Assembly (NCBI GenBank): GCA_963555995.3
Contig: OY821641.1
Span: forward strand, 416,001 to 480,000
DNA: 64,000 bases
Origin: Vicinamibacteria bacterium
Lineage (GTDB): Bacteria > Acidobacteriota > Vicinamibacteria > Marinacidobacterales > Marinacidobacteraceae
Reading direction: 5' to 3'
The first letter of the stretch is position 1, and every line of letters starts with the position of its first letter. Of this stretch, positions 10,674-19,713 are shown one piece after another. A program made the translations under genes and the position numbers. The notes under the pieces are model-generated. The model was not told the DNA's origin. It saw nothing but the letters and a program-made list of their open reading frames with translations, and ran no database searches.

Positions 10674-11781
10674 GGGGTCTCTCCTGGGGGTGGGGACGTT
10701 GCCGGCCCGGAGCGGGCGCGGGAGGAAGGGCGGCGGGATGCCGCGAAGGGGAAAAGAGGGGGTTGGCGGCCGTGCTCAGGCACAGCTCCGCGTTCGCGAG
10801 ACAGGCGCCCGCCGCGCCGCGCACGCCGTTGTGCGAGACGACGACGAGGGCGAGATCGTGCGGAGGGCCGGCGCTGCGGACCCTGCCGACGCTGACGGCC
10901 ATGCCGCCGGCGGCGTCGCGGTCGAGGCGCGGCTGCGGGCGGTCGGGTTCGGTGCGGACGACGAGGGGCCGGGCGGGAACGGAGGGCAGGACGGCGGCGG
11001 CGGGCGGGCGGAAGTCCCGGAGCGCCCGCGCCGCATCGCCGGCCGAGGCGGGACGGCGGAGCGAGGCGAAGACGTGCGCCAGGTGGCCGTCGAGAACGGG
11101 GACCCGGTTCACGGCGGCGGTGACGGCGAGGTCGGCGCCTAAGACCTTGCGGAGTTCGGGCCCCAGCTTCTCCTCTTCGCCCGGAATCCACGGGATCGCG
11201 TTGCCGACGACCGCCACGGCGCCCACGCCGTTCCGTCCCGCCCCGGAGACCGCCTGCAGGGTGACGACGGTCACCGCCTCGATCCCGAAGGCCCGGTGGA
11301 GCGGCGCGAGCGCCAGGGCGAGCCCCGCGACCACGCAGTTGGGGTTGGCGACGAGGGCGCCGCCCGTTCCGGCCCACGGCTGGGAGCGCGCGGCGTCCAC
11401 CGCCCGCGGGTTCACCTCCGGGACGACGAGCGGGACGTGGTCGTCCAGCCGGTGGGCCGACGCGTTGGTGCAGACGATGTGTCCCGCCCGGGCGAGGGCC
11501 GGCTCCGTCTCCTTCGCGGCGGACGAAGGAAGCGCCGACAGGACGAGCGGGCTCCGCAGCGCCGCTCCGGGACCCAGCACTTCGAGTTCGGCGGCGGGCG
11601 CCGGAGGACCCTCGCCGGCCCCCCACGCGACCGCTTCCCCGTAGCGCCGTCCCGCCGAGCGTTCGGACCCGGCCACCTCCGCCAGGCGGAACCACGGGTG
11701 CGCCTCCAGCATCCGCACGAGGCGCTGGCCGACGATGCCCGTGGCGCCGACCACCGCGGTGGGGATTCGGGCGGCGGTCAT
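10666..11781 (-). CDS. asd: aspartate-semialdehyde dehydrogenase
   Basis: VVGATGIVGQR Rossmann motif, PLVVPEVN, ANPNC catalytic Cys, QAVSGAG, RVPVLDGH, HN..RGAAG...NAEL. Confidence 0.92.
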   Translation of the reverse strand: MTAARIPTAVVGATGIVGQRLVRMLEAHPWFRLAEVAGSERSAGRRYGEAVAWGAGEGPPAPAAELEVLGPGAALRSPLVLSALPSSAAKETEPALARAGHIVCTNASAHRLDDHVPLVVPEVNPRAVDAARSQPWAGTGGALVANPNCVVAGLALALAPLHRAFGIEAVTVVTLQAVSGAGRNGVGAVAVVGNAIPWIPGEEEKLGPELRKVLGADLAVTAAVNRVPVLDGHLAHVFASLRRPASAGDAARALRDFRPPAAAVLPSVPARPLVVRTEPDRPQPRLDRDAAGGMAVSVGRVRSAGPPHDLALVVVSHNGVRGAAGACLANAELCLSTAANPLFSPSRHPAALPPAPAPGRQRPHPQERPHA

Positions 11782-12638
11782 CGTGCTGCCGCCCTCTCGC
11801 CGGGGTAGCCCGACGCCGGCCAGCGCCCGGTTGGCGCGGCGTCGGCCGCCGGCGCTCCGACCCGGGTTCCCGCGCCCCCGGGTCCCGTGACCCGGAAGCC
11901 CAGCCGGCGGCGCTCCGCGTAGGCGAGCGCCTTGGGCTGCACCACCCCGCCGCCGACCCGGCGCGCCGCGTCCCAGGTCAGCGCCGCGTACGGCGCCCCG
12001 CCGTCGCGGCCGCGCGGGTCCTCGGGAAAGATGCCGTCCACGTCCTTGACGAGACGGATCTCGGAGGCCCCCAGCGCGTCGCCGAGGAACAGCGCGGTCA
12101 GGTCCGAGCCTCCCCGTCCCAGCAGGGAGGGAACGCCGGAGGCGTCCCGGCCGACGAAGCCGGGAAAGACCAGCGCGTCGCGCGTCCGGAGCGCCCGGCG
12201 GATCCGGGCGGTGTCCACGTCCACCGGCTCGGCGTCGTCGAGGGGGCCGCGCGTCCGCACCGGCAGCCGCGAGGCGCTGACCCCCGCCGCGCGCACCCCG
12301 TCGGCGACGAGCGCCAGGGTGAGCAGCGCCACCGACGCCTCCTCGCCCGTCGCGAGCAGCGCCCCGATCTGCGTTTCCGGCGGCGCCGCGGTGATCGCGC
12401 GGGCCGCCGCGAGCAGGGTGTCCGTGGTCCGGCCCATGGCGGAGACCACCGCGACGACCCGGCGGCCGCGGGCGATCTCGGCGGCGATCACCGCGGCGGT
12501 GTCCCGGTAGTCGTCCGGCCGCGCCAGGATCGAGGAGCCGAACTTCAGGACGGACAGCGGGGCCTCGTCCGAGGAGACCGTCGCTCGGTTCCCGTTGCGG
12601 GCCGCCGGGTGGATTCCGGCGGGACGGACTCCGTTCAT
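11778..12638 (-). CDS. aspartate kinase, catalytic domain only (no ACT domains)
   Basis: VLKFGSS, VAVVSAMGRTTDTLL, ATGE, LGRGGSDLTA, KDVDG...DP; ends after ~286 aa. Confidence 0.85.
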   Translation of the reverse strand: MNGVRPAGIHPAARNGNRATVSSDEAPLSVLKFGSSILARPDDYRDTAAVIAAEIARGRRVVAVVSAMGRTTDTLLAAARAITAAPPETQIGALLATGEEASVALLTLALVADGVRAAGVSASRLPVRTRGPLDDAEPVDVDTARIRRALRTRDALVFPGFVGRDASGVPSLLGRGGSDLTALFLGDALGASEIRLVKDVDGIFPEDPRGRDGGAPYAALTWDAARRVGGGVVQPKALAYAERRRLGFRVTGPGGAGTRVGAPAADAAPTGRWPASGYPGERAAAR

Positions 12639-13000
12639 TGCAGGCGGCTCTCTTGGCGGGACGGACCGGTCGGCGCGCCGCCGTCCGCGGAGCAAGCCTC
12701 CTCCAGCAACCCGCGGGTCGCGGCGGTCGCCCCGTCCAGCGCCCAGCGGACGGATTCGAGCCGCGCCGCCAGCGACGCCGCGCCCTTCCGCCGTTCCGGA
12801 GTGGCGTGGCGCGGCCCGGCGACCTCAAGCGCGAGCCGGAGGTCCCGGAGCAGTTCCCCGAGATCGCTGATCGCCGCGCCGCAGGCGACGAAGCTCACCG
12901 AGGTCGCCGAGACGGACTCGGCGAGCGCCTCGTCCGGGTGCTTCTCGGGCGGACCCGGATGGCTGGCGGGCAGGACCGCGAGGTCGGGTTGGTGGGGCAT
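12635..13000 (-). CDS. hypothetical protein, first gene of the SAM-riboswitch operon
   Basis: GAGGAG RBS just upstream; its stop overlaps the aspartate kinase ATG (ATGA); no family recognised. Confidence 0.6.
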   Translation of the reverse strand: MPHQPDLAVLPASHPGPPEKHPDEALAESVSATSVSFVACGAAISDLGELLRDLRLALEVAGPRHATPERRKGAASLAARLESVRWALDGATAATRGLLEEACSADGGAPTGPSRQESRLQ

Positions 13001-13008
13001 GGCGTCTT

Positions 13009-13143
13009 CTCCTCGGAGTCACATCCGAGGAGGGCCGAGGCCCCGTGGGTCCGCTTGGTTGCCTGGCGGCCACATCTCCGGTCTTGGAACGCCACCTTGC
13101 CCGGACCGGGCAGGTTGGCGGGGGTTGCCCCCCTCTGGATGCT
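13009..13143 (-). ncRNA. SAM-I-clan riboswitch with RBS-sequestering hairpin
   Basis: Minus strand GCATC-CAGAG-(GGGG/CCCC short P2)-GCCAACC...GGTGGC-(TCC/GGA P4)-GATGTG; downstream 9-bp stem CTCCTCGGA/TCCGAGGAG covers the SD; lies upstream of Met biosynthesis genes. Confidence 0.8.
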
Positions 13144-13257
13144 GGGCGGCAGGTTAGCCCGCGCTCCCCCGGAACGCCAATTCCCCGCACGACGTCGGTC
13201 GGTGACGGAATCCCATTGAAGTAGGTAAATTCAATTTTAGATTTACAATCTGCATGG

Positions 13258-14427
13258 ATGATCCCCCGCCGAGCCCTTGCGGACGTGCGATCCGCCCTCC
13301 GCCGCCAGGCCGCCGTAGCCGTCCTCGGCCCGCGTCAGGCGGGGAAGACGACGCTGGCGCTCCAGATCGCCGAGGAGCGGGACGCCGTCTATCTCGACCT
13401 CCAGACGCCCGACGACCGCCGCCGGCTCGCCGACGCGACGGCGTTCCTCGAAGCGAACCGGGACCGGCTGGTCATCCTCGACGAGATCCATCGCGTTCCG
13501 GAACTCTTCGAACAGCTTCGCGGGATCATTGATCGCGGCCGCCGGACCGGACAGGGCAGGGGCCGCTTCCTGATTCTGGGGTCCGCTTCGCTCCTGCTGC
13601 TGAAACAGTCGGAAAGCCTCGCCGGCCGGCTCGCCCATGTGGAACTGCACCCGCTGGACGTTCTCGAGGTTGGAGGCGGCGCGGGCGAGGCAAGAAAGCT
13701 GTGGCTGCGCGGCGGGTTCCCTCTCAGCTTTCTCGCCGGGACCGACGAGGAGAGCGTCCGCTGGCGAAGAGAGCTCCTGCTGGCAACGATCCACCGCGAC
13801 GTTCCCGAGTTCGGCTGGAGCATTCCGCCTTCGACGCTGGACGACCTCTTCACCATGCTCGCCCACGGCCAGGGCGCGACCGCCAACGCCTCGAAGCTCG
13901 CCGCCAACCTCTCGCTCAGCGCGCCGACGATCCAGCGATATCTCAACCTGCTGTGCGACCTCCACCTCCTCCGCCTCCTGCGGCCGTACCGGCGCAATGT
14001 TCTCAAGCGCCTGGTCAAGGCCCCGAAGGCGTATCTGCGTGACAGCGGCCTCGTACATTCGCAACTCGGCATCCTCGACTATCACGGCGTCGCCGGCCAT
14101 CCCGTCGTCGGCGCGAGCTGGGAGGGATTCGTGATCGAAAACCTGCTCGCGGCCGCCCCCTTCGGCACGCGGCCGTTCTGGTACCGCACCGCCGGCGGGG
14201 CCGAAATGGATCTGGTCCTGGAGATTCCGGGCCGCGGCCGGCCCTGGGCGGTCGAGATCAAGTACGGACGCGCGCCGCGGCCGGCCCGGGGTTTCTTCAC
14301 CGCGCTGGAGGATCTCAAGCCCGAACGGGCGTTCGTCGTCCACTCGGGGGAAGACCGCTACCCGCTGCGGGAGGGCGTCGAGGCGATCGGCCTCCGGGAC
14401 CTCGCGGGCCTGCTCGCTTCCGGGTAG
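13258..14427 (+). CDS. AAA_14 ATPase with C-terminal DUF4143 domain
   Basis: GPRQAGKTT, ILDEIH, GRFLILGSAS, ESLAGR, KRLVKAPK.YLRDSGL, EMDLV..AVEIK. Confidence 0.9.
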   Translation: MIPRRALADVRSALRRQAAVAVLGPRQAGKTTLALQIAEERDAVYLDLQTPDDRRRLADATAFLEANRDRLVILDEIHRVPELFEQLRGIIDRGRRTGQGRGRFLILGSASLLLLKQSESLAGRLAHVELHPLDVLEVGGGAGEARKLWLRGGFPLSFLAGTDEESVRWRRELLLATIHRDVPEFGWSIPPSTLDDLFTMLAHGQGATANASKLAANLSLSAPTIQRYLNLLCDLHLLRLLRPYRRNVLKRLVKAPKAYLRDSGLVHSQLGILDYHGVAGHPVVGASWEGFVIENLLAAAPFGTRPFWYRTAGGAEMDLVLEIPGRGRPWAVEIKYGRAPRPARGFFTALEDLKPERAFVVHSGEDRYPLREGVEAIGLRDLAGLLASG

Positions 14428-14515
14428 CCGGCGCCGCCCGGATGGCCGCGGTGTTGGGTGACGATGAGGAGTACCGCTTCAGAGTGTCATGTCCCGGTCG
14501 GCGAATGCCGCCGGT

Positions 14516-15283
14516 TCAGTCGCGGTCCGGCGGCCCTTGCCTCGCCAGCCGCACCACCTCGTCGAAGATGAGCTGGTCGAGGGTGTGACCCATGCGCTCC
14601 GGGTGCCACTGCACCGCGAGACAGGGCCAGCCGGCGCCCGGCGCCGATCCGTTGTATTCCACCGCCTCGACGATCCCGTCGGGCGCGTGGGCGACCGGAA
14701 CGAGCCCCTGGCCGAGGCGGTCCACCGCCTGGTGGTGGATGCTGTTCACGTCGCGCTCGGTGGTTCCGAGGATGCGGCCCAACCGGCTCTCGGCCTGGAT
14801 GGTCACCGGGTGCCGGAAGGCGACGGCGTCGGCGGGCACGCCGGGGATGGGCGGGTGGTGCGCGCGGTCGGTGATGTCCTGGTGGAGCGTGCCGCCGAGG
14901 GCGATGTTGAGCGCCTGCATGCCGCGGCAGATGCCGAAGAAGGGCAGGCCGGCGTCGCGGGCGGCGAGGGTGAGCGCGACGTCCCAGGCGTCCTCCTGGG
15001 GATCCATGTCCGCGCTCACTCCTTCGTCGTGATCGGTGTACGCCGAGGGGGCGAAGTCGCCGCCGCCGGTGAGGACCAGCGCGTCCACGGAGGCGATGGC
15101 GTCGGCGGCGGCGTTGAGCGGGGCCGGGGGCAGGATGATGGGGATGCCGCCGGCGAGGCGGACGCAGTCCACGTACTCCTCGGCGAGGGTGAAGAGCTGC
15201 TCCGGGTCGCCGACGATGGTGTGCACCGGGCGCTTCCAGGGCGTGAGGCCGATGCGCGGGCGGATGGGTGTTGGGCGACTCAT
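14516..15283 (-). CDS. gamma-glutamyl-gamma-aminobutyrate hydrolase family (PuuD-like, peptidase C26)
   Basis: LTGGGD, GICRGMQ, VNSIHHQAV, AVQWHPE glutamine-amidotransferase triad. Confidence 0.9.
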   Translation of the reverse strand: MSRPTPIRPRIGLTPWKRPVHTIVGDPEQLFTLAEEYVDCVRLAGGIPIILPPAPLNAAADAIASVDALVLTGGGDFAPSAYTDHDEGVSADMDPQEDAWDVALTLAARDAGLPFFGICRGMQALNIALGGTLHQDITDRAHHPPIPGVPADAVAFRHPVTIQAESRLGRILGTTERDVNSIHHQAVDRLGQGLVPVAHAPDGIVEAVEYNGSAPGAGWPCLAVQWHPERMGHTLDQLIFDEVVRLARQGPPDRD

Positions 15284-16011
15284 CGCGCCGCCGCCCGCGG
15301 GGGACGGATCCCCCGGAACTCCCAGTCGCCGCCGAGCGCGGTGGAGCGGACTTCCTCGGATTCGGTGGGTTGGGCGCCGTAGCCCACGGGAATCCCCGTT
15401 TCGCCGGCCACGATGGGATTCACCAGGCGCCCGAGCCCGTCCACTTCGACCGCGACCTCGTCACCGGGCTCCACGGGCCGCGAACCGGCCGGCGTGCCGG
15501 TGAAGACCAGATCGCCGGGGAGCAGGGTGTGCGTCCGCGCGATGTCCGCGATCAGGTAGTGCGGATCCCACTGCATCTCGTCGGTGTTGCCCGACTGCCG
15601 CACCTCGCCGTTCACGAGCGTCCGGATCGAGCGCCCCCGGAAGTCCCAGCCCGACACCAGCTCGTCCAGCACGGGACAGAGGGTGTCCGCTCCCTTCACG
15701 CGAAGCATCGAACCGGCGTCGGTGTCCCGGAAGTCGTGCAGCCCGAAGTCATTGCCGACGGTGTAGCCGGCGACGAAGCGCCCGGCGTCCTGGGGCTCGA
15801 TTCCCCGGCAGCGCGCTCCGATCACCGCAACGATCTCTCCCTCGAAGTTCAGGTAGCGGCAGCCCCGCGGGCGGACCACCGGTTCACCGCTCCGGATCAG
15901 GGCGGAGGGCGGCTTCAGGAAGTAGGTGGGCGCTTTCGGAAGCCGTGCTCCGAATTCCTCGACGCGGCTGCGGTAGTTGAGATGAACACAAACGATCTTG
16001 CTCGGGTTCAT
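15280..16011 (-). CDS. fumarylacetoacetate hydrolase family protein (HpaG/HpcE-like)
   Basis: PSKIVCVHLNY, FLKP, FEGE, GYTVGND, KGADTLCP, PGDLVFTGTPAG. Confidence 0.9.
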   Translation of the reverse strand: MNPSKIVCVHLNYRSRVEEFGARLPKAPTYFLKPPSALIRSGEPVVRPRGCRYLNFEGEIVAVIGARCRGIEPQDAGRFVAGYTVGNDFGLHDFRDTDAGSMLRVKGADTLCPVLDELVSGWDFRGRSIRTLVNGEVRQSGNTDEMQWDPHYLIADIARTHTLLPGDLVFTGTPAGSRPVEPGDEVAVEVDGLGRLVNPIVAGETGIPVGYGAQPTESEEVRSTALGGDWEFRGIRPPRAAAR

Positions 16012-16116
16012 CGGAACCGGGGAGCCTACATTAGGTGGGGAAGACGGCCCACGGCGTCTTTTGCGGTTTGGTCTTCCTGTGCGCTCCACCGGTCATGAAA
16101 GTGGCGGACACGGCTG

Positions 16117-16272
16117 GGAACGCCGGCTTCAGCCGGCACAGCGGGCCGAAGGCCCGCGGATGTCGTACCGCTATTCGCGGTGATGGAGCGCGAGCCGAGC
16201 GTCATCGGGCAGGTCAGCGTCGTGCCGCGCGCTGCGCTTCGCGCAGCGGGTGCCGGCTGAAGCCGGCGCTCC
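16117..16272. repeat. inverted REP doublet (REPIN-like)
   Basis: GGAACGCCGGCTTCAGCCGGCAC at 16117 (+) and GTGCCGGCTGAAGCCGGCGCTCC at 16250-16272 (-). Confidence 0.85.
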
Positions 16273-16305
16273 AAGCCGTACGCGCCACCTCGGCGTACCA
16301 TCCGG

Positions 16306-17577
16306 GTGGTGACGGCGAACGGGCGGAACGAGTCGCGGGACGGCTTCGAGGCGATCGTTTCGCACGACACCTACACGAAGGGGGTGCCGTGGGACCTGTT
16401 TGCCCGGATGCGGGAGCGCGGATCTCCCTGCTGGGTCGAGGAGGAAGACGGCGCCGGGTTCTGGGCGCTGACCCGCCACGCGCACGTCTTCCAGGCGAGT
16501 TCCACCCCGCGGGACTTCTCCTGCGCCCGCGGCATTCGCCTCGAAGAGCTGGACGCCGACGAGCTGGAAGCCCGGCGGACGATGATGGAGTACGACGGGG
16601 CCGAGCACGCCCGGCTGCGGCGACTGGTCGGGGCGGGCTTCTCGCGGAAATCCATCGCCGCCTACGAGACCTCGGTGCGGGGGTTGGCCGCGCAGGTGCT
16701 CGACCGCGCGCTCGAACTCGGCGAGCTGGACTTCGTCGAGGAGGTGTCCCGCGAGCTGCCGATCCGGATGCTCTGCCGCATCCTGGGGGTACCGGAGGAG
16801 GACGCCGGGGAGCTGGTGGAATGGGGGGACGCGCTGATCTCGAACGCGGACCCCGAGTTCTCGATGGCGGTCATTGACCAGGTGGACACCGAGGAGTTCC
16901 GCCTGCTGCCCTTCCGGAGCCCGGCGGCCCGCGCCGTGTTCGACTACGCGAGCCGGATCCGGAAGGAGCGTCTCCGCCGGCCCACCGACGACATCCTCTC
17001 CGGGATGCTGGCCGAGGACGCCGGGGGCCAGCCGCTCACCGAGCTGGAGTTCCAGAACTTCTTCCTGCTGCTCATCGTGGCGGGCAACGAGACCACCCGG
17101 CACACCATCTCGCTCGGGTTGCTCGGGCTACTCGACCATCCGGCGGCCTACGCCGCTCTCAGCGCCGCCGCCGGGAATCGGGCGCTCTTCGAGTCGGCCA
17201 CCGAGGAGATCCTCCGCTGGACCTCGGTGACCATGCACTTCCGGCGCACCCTGACCCGGGACCTCGATCTCGACGGGGCTTCCCTGCGCCGGGGCGACAA
17301 GGCGGTCCTCTGGTACATCGCCGCGAACCGCGATCCGGACGCCTTCCCGGAGCCCGAGCGGTTCGACATCCGCCGGAGCCCGAACCCGCACCTGGCCTTC
17401 GGCGCCGGCCGGCACGTCTGCCTCGGCGCCTGGCTCGCGCGGCTCGAAGTCCGGGTCACCTTTGAGGAACTCTTCCGCCGGGTGTGCGCCGTCGAACGCA
17501 CCGGCCCGCCCGACCGTCTCCGTTCCAACTTCATCCACGGGATCAAGCACCTGCCGGTGCGCCTCCATCCCAGGTAA
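16306..17577 (+). CDS. cytochrome P450
   Basis: I-helix AGNETT, K-helix EILR, heme motif FGAGRHVCLG. Confidence 0.95.
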   Translation: MVTANGRNESRDGFEAIVSHDTYTKGVPWDLFARMRERGSPCWVEEEDGAGFWALTRHAHVFQASSTPRDFSCARGIRLEELDADELEARRTMMEYDGAEHARLRRLVGAGFSRKSIAAYETSVRGLAAQVLDRALELGELDFVEEVSRELPIRMLCRILGVPEEDAGELVEWGDALISNADPEFSMAVIDQVDTEEFRLLPFRSPAARAVFDYASRIRKERLRRPTDDILSGMLAEDAGGQPLTELEFQNFFLLLIVAGNETTRHTISLGLLGLLDHPAAYAALSAAAGNRALFESATEEILRWTSVTMHFRRTLTRDLDLDGASLRRGDKAVLWYIAANRDPDAFPEPERFDIRRSPNPHLAFGAGRHVCLGAWLARLEVRVTFEELFRRVCAVERTGPPDRLRSNFIHGIKHLPVRLHPR

Positions 17578-17588
17578 GGAGCGTTCCC

Positions 17589-19649
17589 ATGCGACGCATC
17601 GCGATCTTCCTCTGGCTTGCCGTCTTCGCCGCCTCCGGAGCCGCGGCCCAGTTCACCCTCGAGCAGGTCTTCTCGGTCCCGTTTCCGACGAGCCTGACCG
17701 CGTCCTCCGACGGCTCCCGGGTCGCCTGGGTGTTCGACGAACGGGGCGCGCGGAATGTCTGGGCGGCCGACGCCCCCGGCTTCGAGGGACGCCGCCTGAC
17801 CTCCTTCGAGGGCGACGACGGGACAACCATCCACAGCCTGGCGTTCAGCCGCGACGGGCGTCGCCTCGCCTTCATCCGGGGCGACGGCCCCAACCGGGCG
17901 GGCGAGCTGCCGAACCCGACGAGCGATCCGGCGGGAGTGGAGCAGGCGCTGTGGGTCATCGGGGGCGACGGCGAGCCCCGCCGGATCACCGAGCCGGCGG
18001 CCTCGCCCCTCTTCACGGCCGCCGGGGACGCGATTCTGTTCGTCCGTCGGGGCCGGGTCTGGCAGGTGGGCCTCGAAGCCGATGCAGCACCCGAACAGCT
18101 CATCCACGGCCGGGGCTCCTTCGGGAACCTGCGCCTCTCCCCCGGCGGCGACCGGCTGGCGTTCGTGTCCTCGCGGGGGGCGCATTCGTTCGTCGGGGTG
18201 TACGACTTCGGCGCCAAGACCGTCCACTATCTCGACCCGGCGGTGGACCGCGACGGCTCGCCCGCCTTCTCGCCCGACGGGAGCGAAGTGGCGTTCCTGC
18301 GCACGCCGCCGGTGCTCGAGCGGTTCCTGTTCGTCCCGAGCCGGGAAGGCCCGCCGTGGAGCATCCGGGTGGCTTCCCTGGAGAACCCGGCGACCAGCCG
18401 GGAGCTCTTCCGCGCGGAGTCCGGAACGGGAAGCGTCTTCTCCGGGACAGCCTCCGCCGACCAGCTCCACTGGACGAACGACGGCCGCATCCTCTTCCCC
18501 TGGGAGCGCACCGGCTACCGGCACTTCTACGCCGTTCCCGCCGCCGGCGGCGAACCCGAAGCGCTCACCGCGGGATCCTTCGAGATCGAGTACGCCGTCA
18601 GCGACGGACACGGAGGCCTGATCGCCGCCACCAACCAGGACGACGTGGACCGGCGCCACCTCTGGCGGCTCACGGCGGGATCGGCCGCCGAAGCGCTGAC
18701 CTCCGGGACCGGCGTCGAGACGCTGCCGGTCGCCGTCCAGGGAGGCGTCGCCTTCCTCGGGGGCGACGGGCGCCGCCCGCTCCAGCCGATGGTCCGGACC
18801 GGCGGTGCTGTGCGCGCCCTCGCCCCGGACGCCTTCCCGGCGGACTTCCCGCTGGAGCACATGGTGGACCCGGAACCGGTGGTCTTCGCCTCCGCCGACG
18901 GCATGAAGATCCACGGCCAGCTCTTCCGGCCCGCCGCCGGGTCGGAGTCTCCCGGCCCCGGGGTCCTCTTCCTGCACGGCGGCTCCCGCCGGCAGATGCT
19001 GCTCGGCTGGCACTACATGGGCTACTACGCGAACTGCTACGCCTTCCACCAGTACCTGGCGAGCCGCGGGTTCACGGTGATCTCGGTGAACTACCGGAGC
19101 GGCACCGGCTACGGGATGGAGTTCCGCGAGGCGCTGAACTACGGGGCGAGCGGCGGGTCCGAGCACCAGGACGTGCTCGGGGCGGGCCGCACCCTCGCCG
19201 ACATGGCGGGCGTGGACGGGGACCGGATCGGCCTCTGGGGCGGCTCCTACGGCGGCTACCTGACCGCGATGGGACTCTCCCGGGCGTCCGACCTCTTCGC
19301 CGCCGGGGTGGACATCCACGGCGTCCACGACTGGAACCGCACCATCCAGGGCTTCAACCCGAGCTACGAGCCGGAGCACCACCCGGAGGCGGCGCGCCTC
19401 GCGTTCGAGTCCTCACCGCTCGCCACCGTGGACGGCTGGCGGTCTCCGGTGCTGCTCGTCCACGGCGACGACGACCGGAACGTGCCCTTCAACGAGACCG
19501 TCGAGCTGGTGGAGAAGCTGCGCGAACTCGGCGTCGAGCACGAACTCCTCATCTTCCCCGACGAGGTGCACGGTTTCCTCCGCCACGAGAACTGGCTGGA
19601 GGTATTCCGCCGGAGCGCCGCCTTCTTTGAGCGCCACCTGGGGAAGTGA
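17589..19649 (+). CDS. secreted S9-family serine peptidase (DPP IV/acylaminoacyl-peptidase-like)
   Basis: signal peptide, beta-propeller repeats, GGSYGG nucleophile, HGDDDRNV, DEVH. Confidence 0.92.
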   Translation: MRRIAIFLWLAVFAASGAAAQFTLEQVFSVPFPTSLTASSDGSRVAWVFDERGARNVWAADAPGFEGRRLTSFEGDDGTTIHSLAFSRDGRRLAFIRGDGPNRAGELPNPTSDPAGVEQALWVIGGDGEPRRITEPAASPLFTAAGDAILFVRRGRVWQVGLEADAAPEQLIHGRGSFGNLRLSPGGDRLAFVSSRGAHSFVGVYDFGAKTVHYLDPAVDRDGSPAFSPDGSEVAFLRTPPVLERFLFVPSREGPPWSIRVASLENPATSRELFRAESGTGSVFSGTASADQLHWTNDGRILFPWERTGYRHFYAVPAAGGEPEALTAGSFEIEYAVSDGHGGLIAATNQDDVDRRHLWRLTAGSAAEALTSGTGVETLPVAVQGGVAFLGGDGRRPLQPMVRTGGAVRALAPDAFPADFPLEHMVDPEPVVFASADGMKIHGQLFRPAAGSESPGPGVLFLHGGSRRQMLLGWHYMGYYANCYAFHQYLASRGFTVISVNYRSGTGYGMEFREALNYGASGGSEHQDVLGAGRTLADMAGVDGDRIGLWGGSYGGYLTAMGLSRASDLFAAGVDIHGVHDWNRTIQGFNPSYEPEHHPEAARLAFESSPLATVDGWRSPVLLVHGDDDRNVPFNETVELVEKLRELGVEHELLIFPDEVHGFLRHENWLEVFRRSAAFFERHLGK

Positions 19650-19713
19650 CGCCGGCGCTTCATCCCTGAAGTCGGCCACGCCTATAGAACTCGCCTGAGA
19701 CAGGAGGAACGGA

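Noticed and set aside
10666-12828. 720-aa ORF suggesting an aspartate kinase-Asd fusion
   Set aside because: The kinase motifs are in a different frame; asd starts at 11781 with an ATGA overlap.
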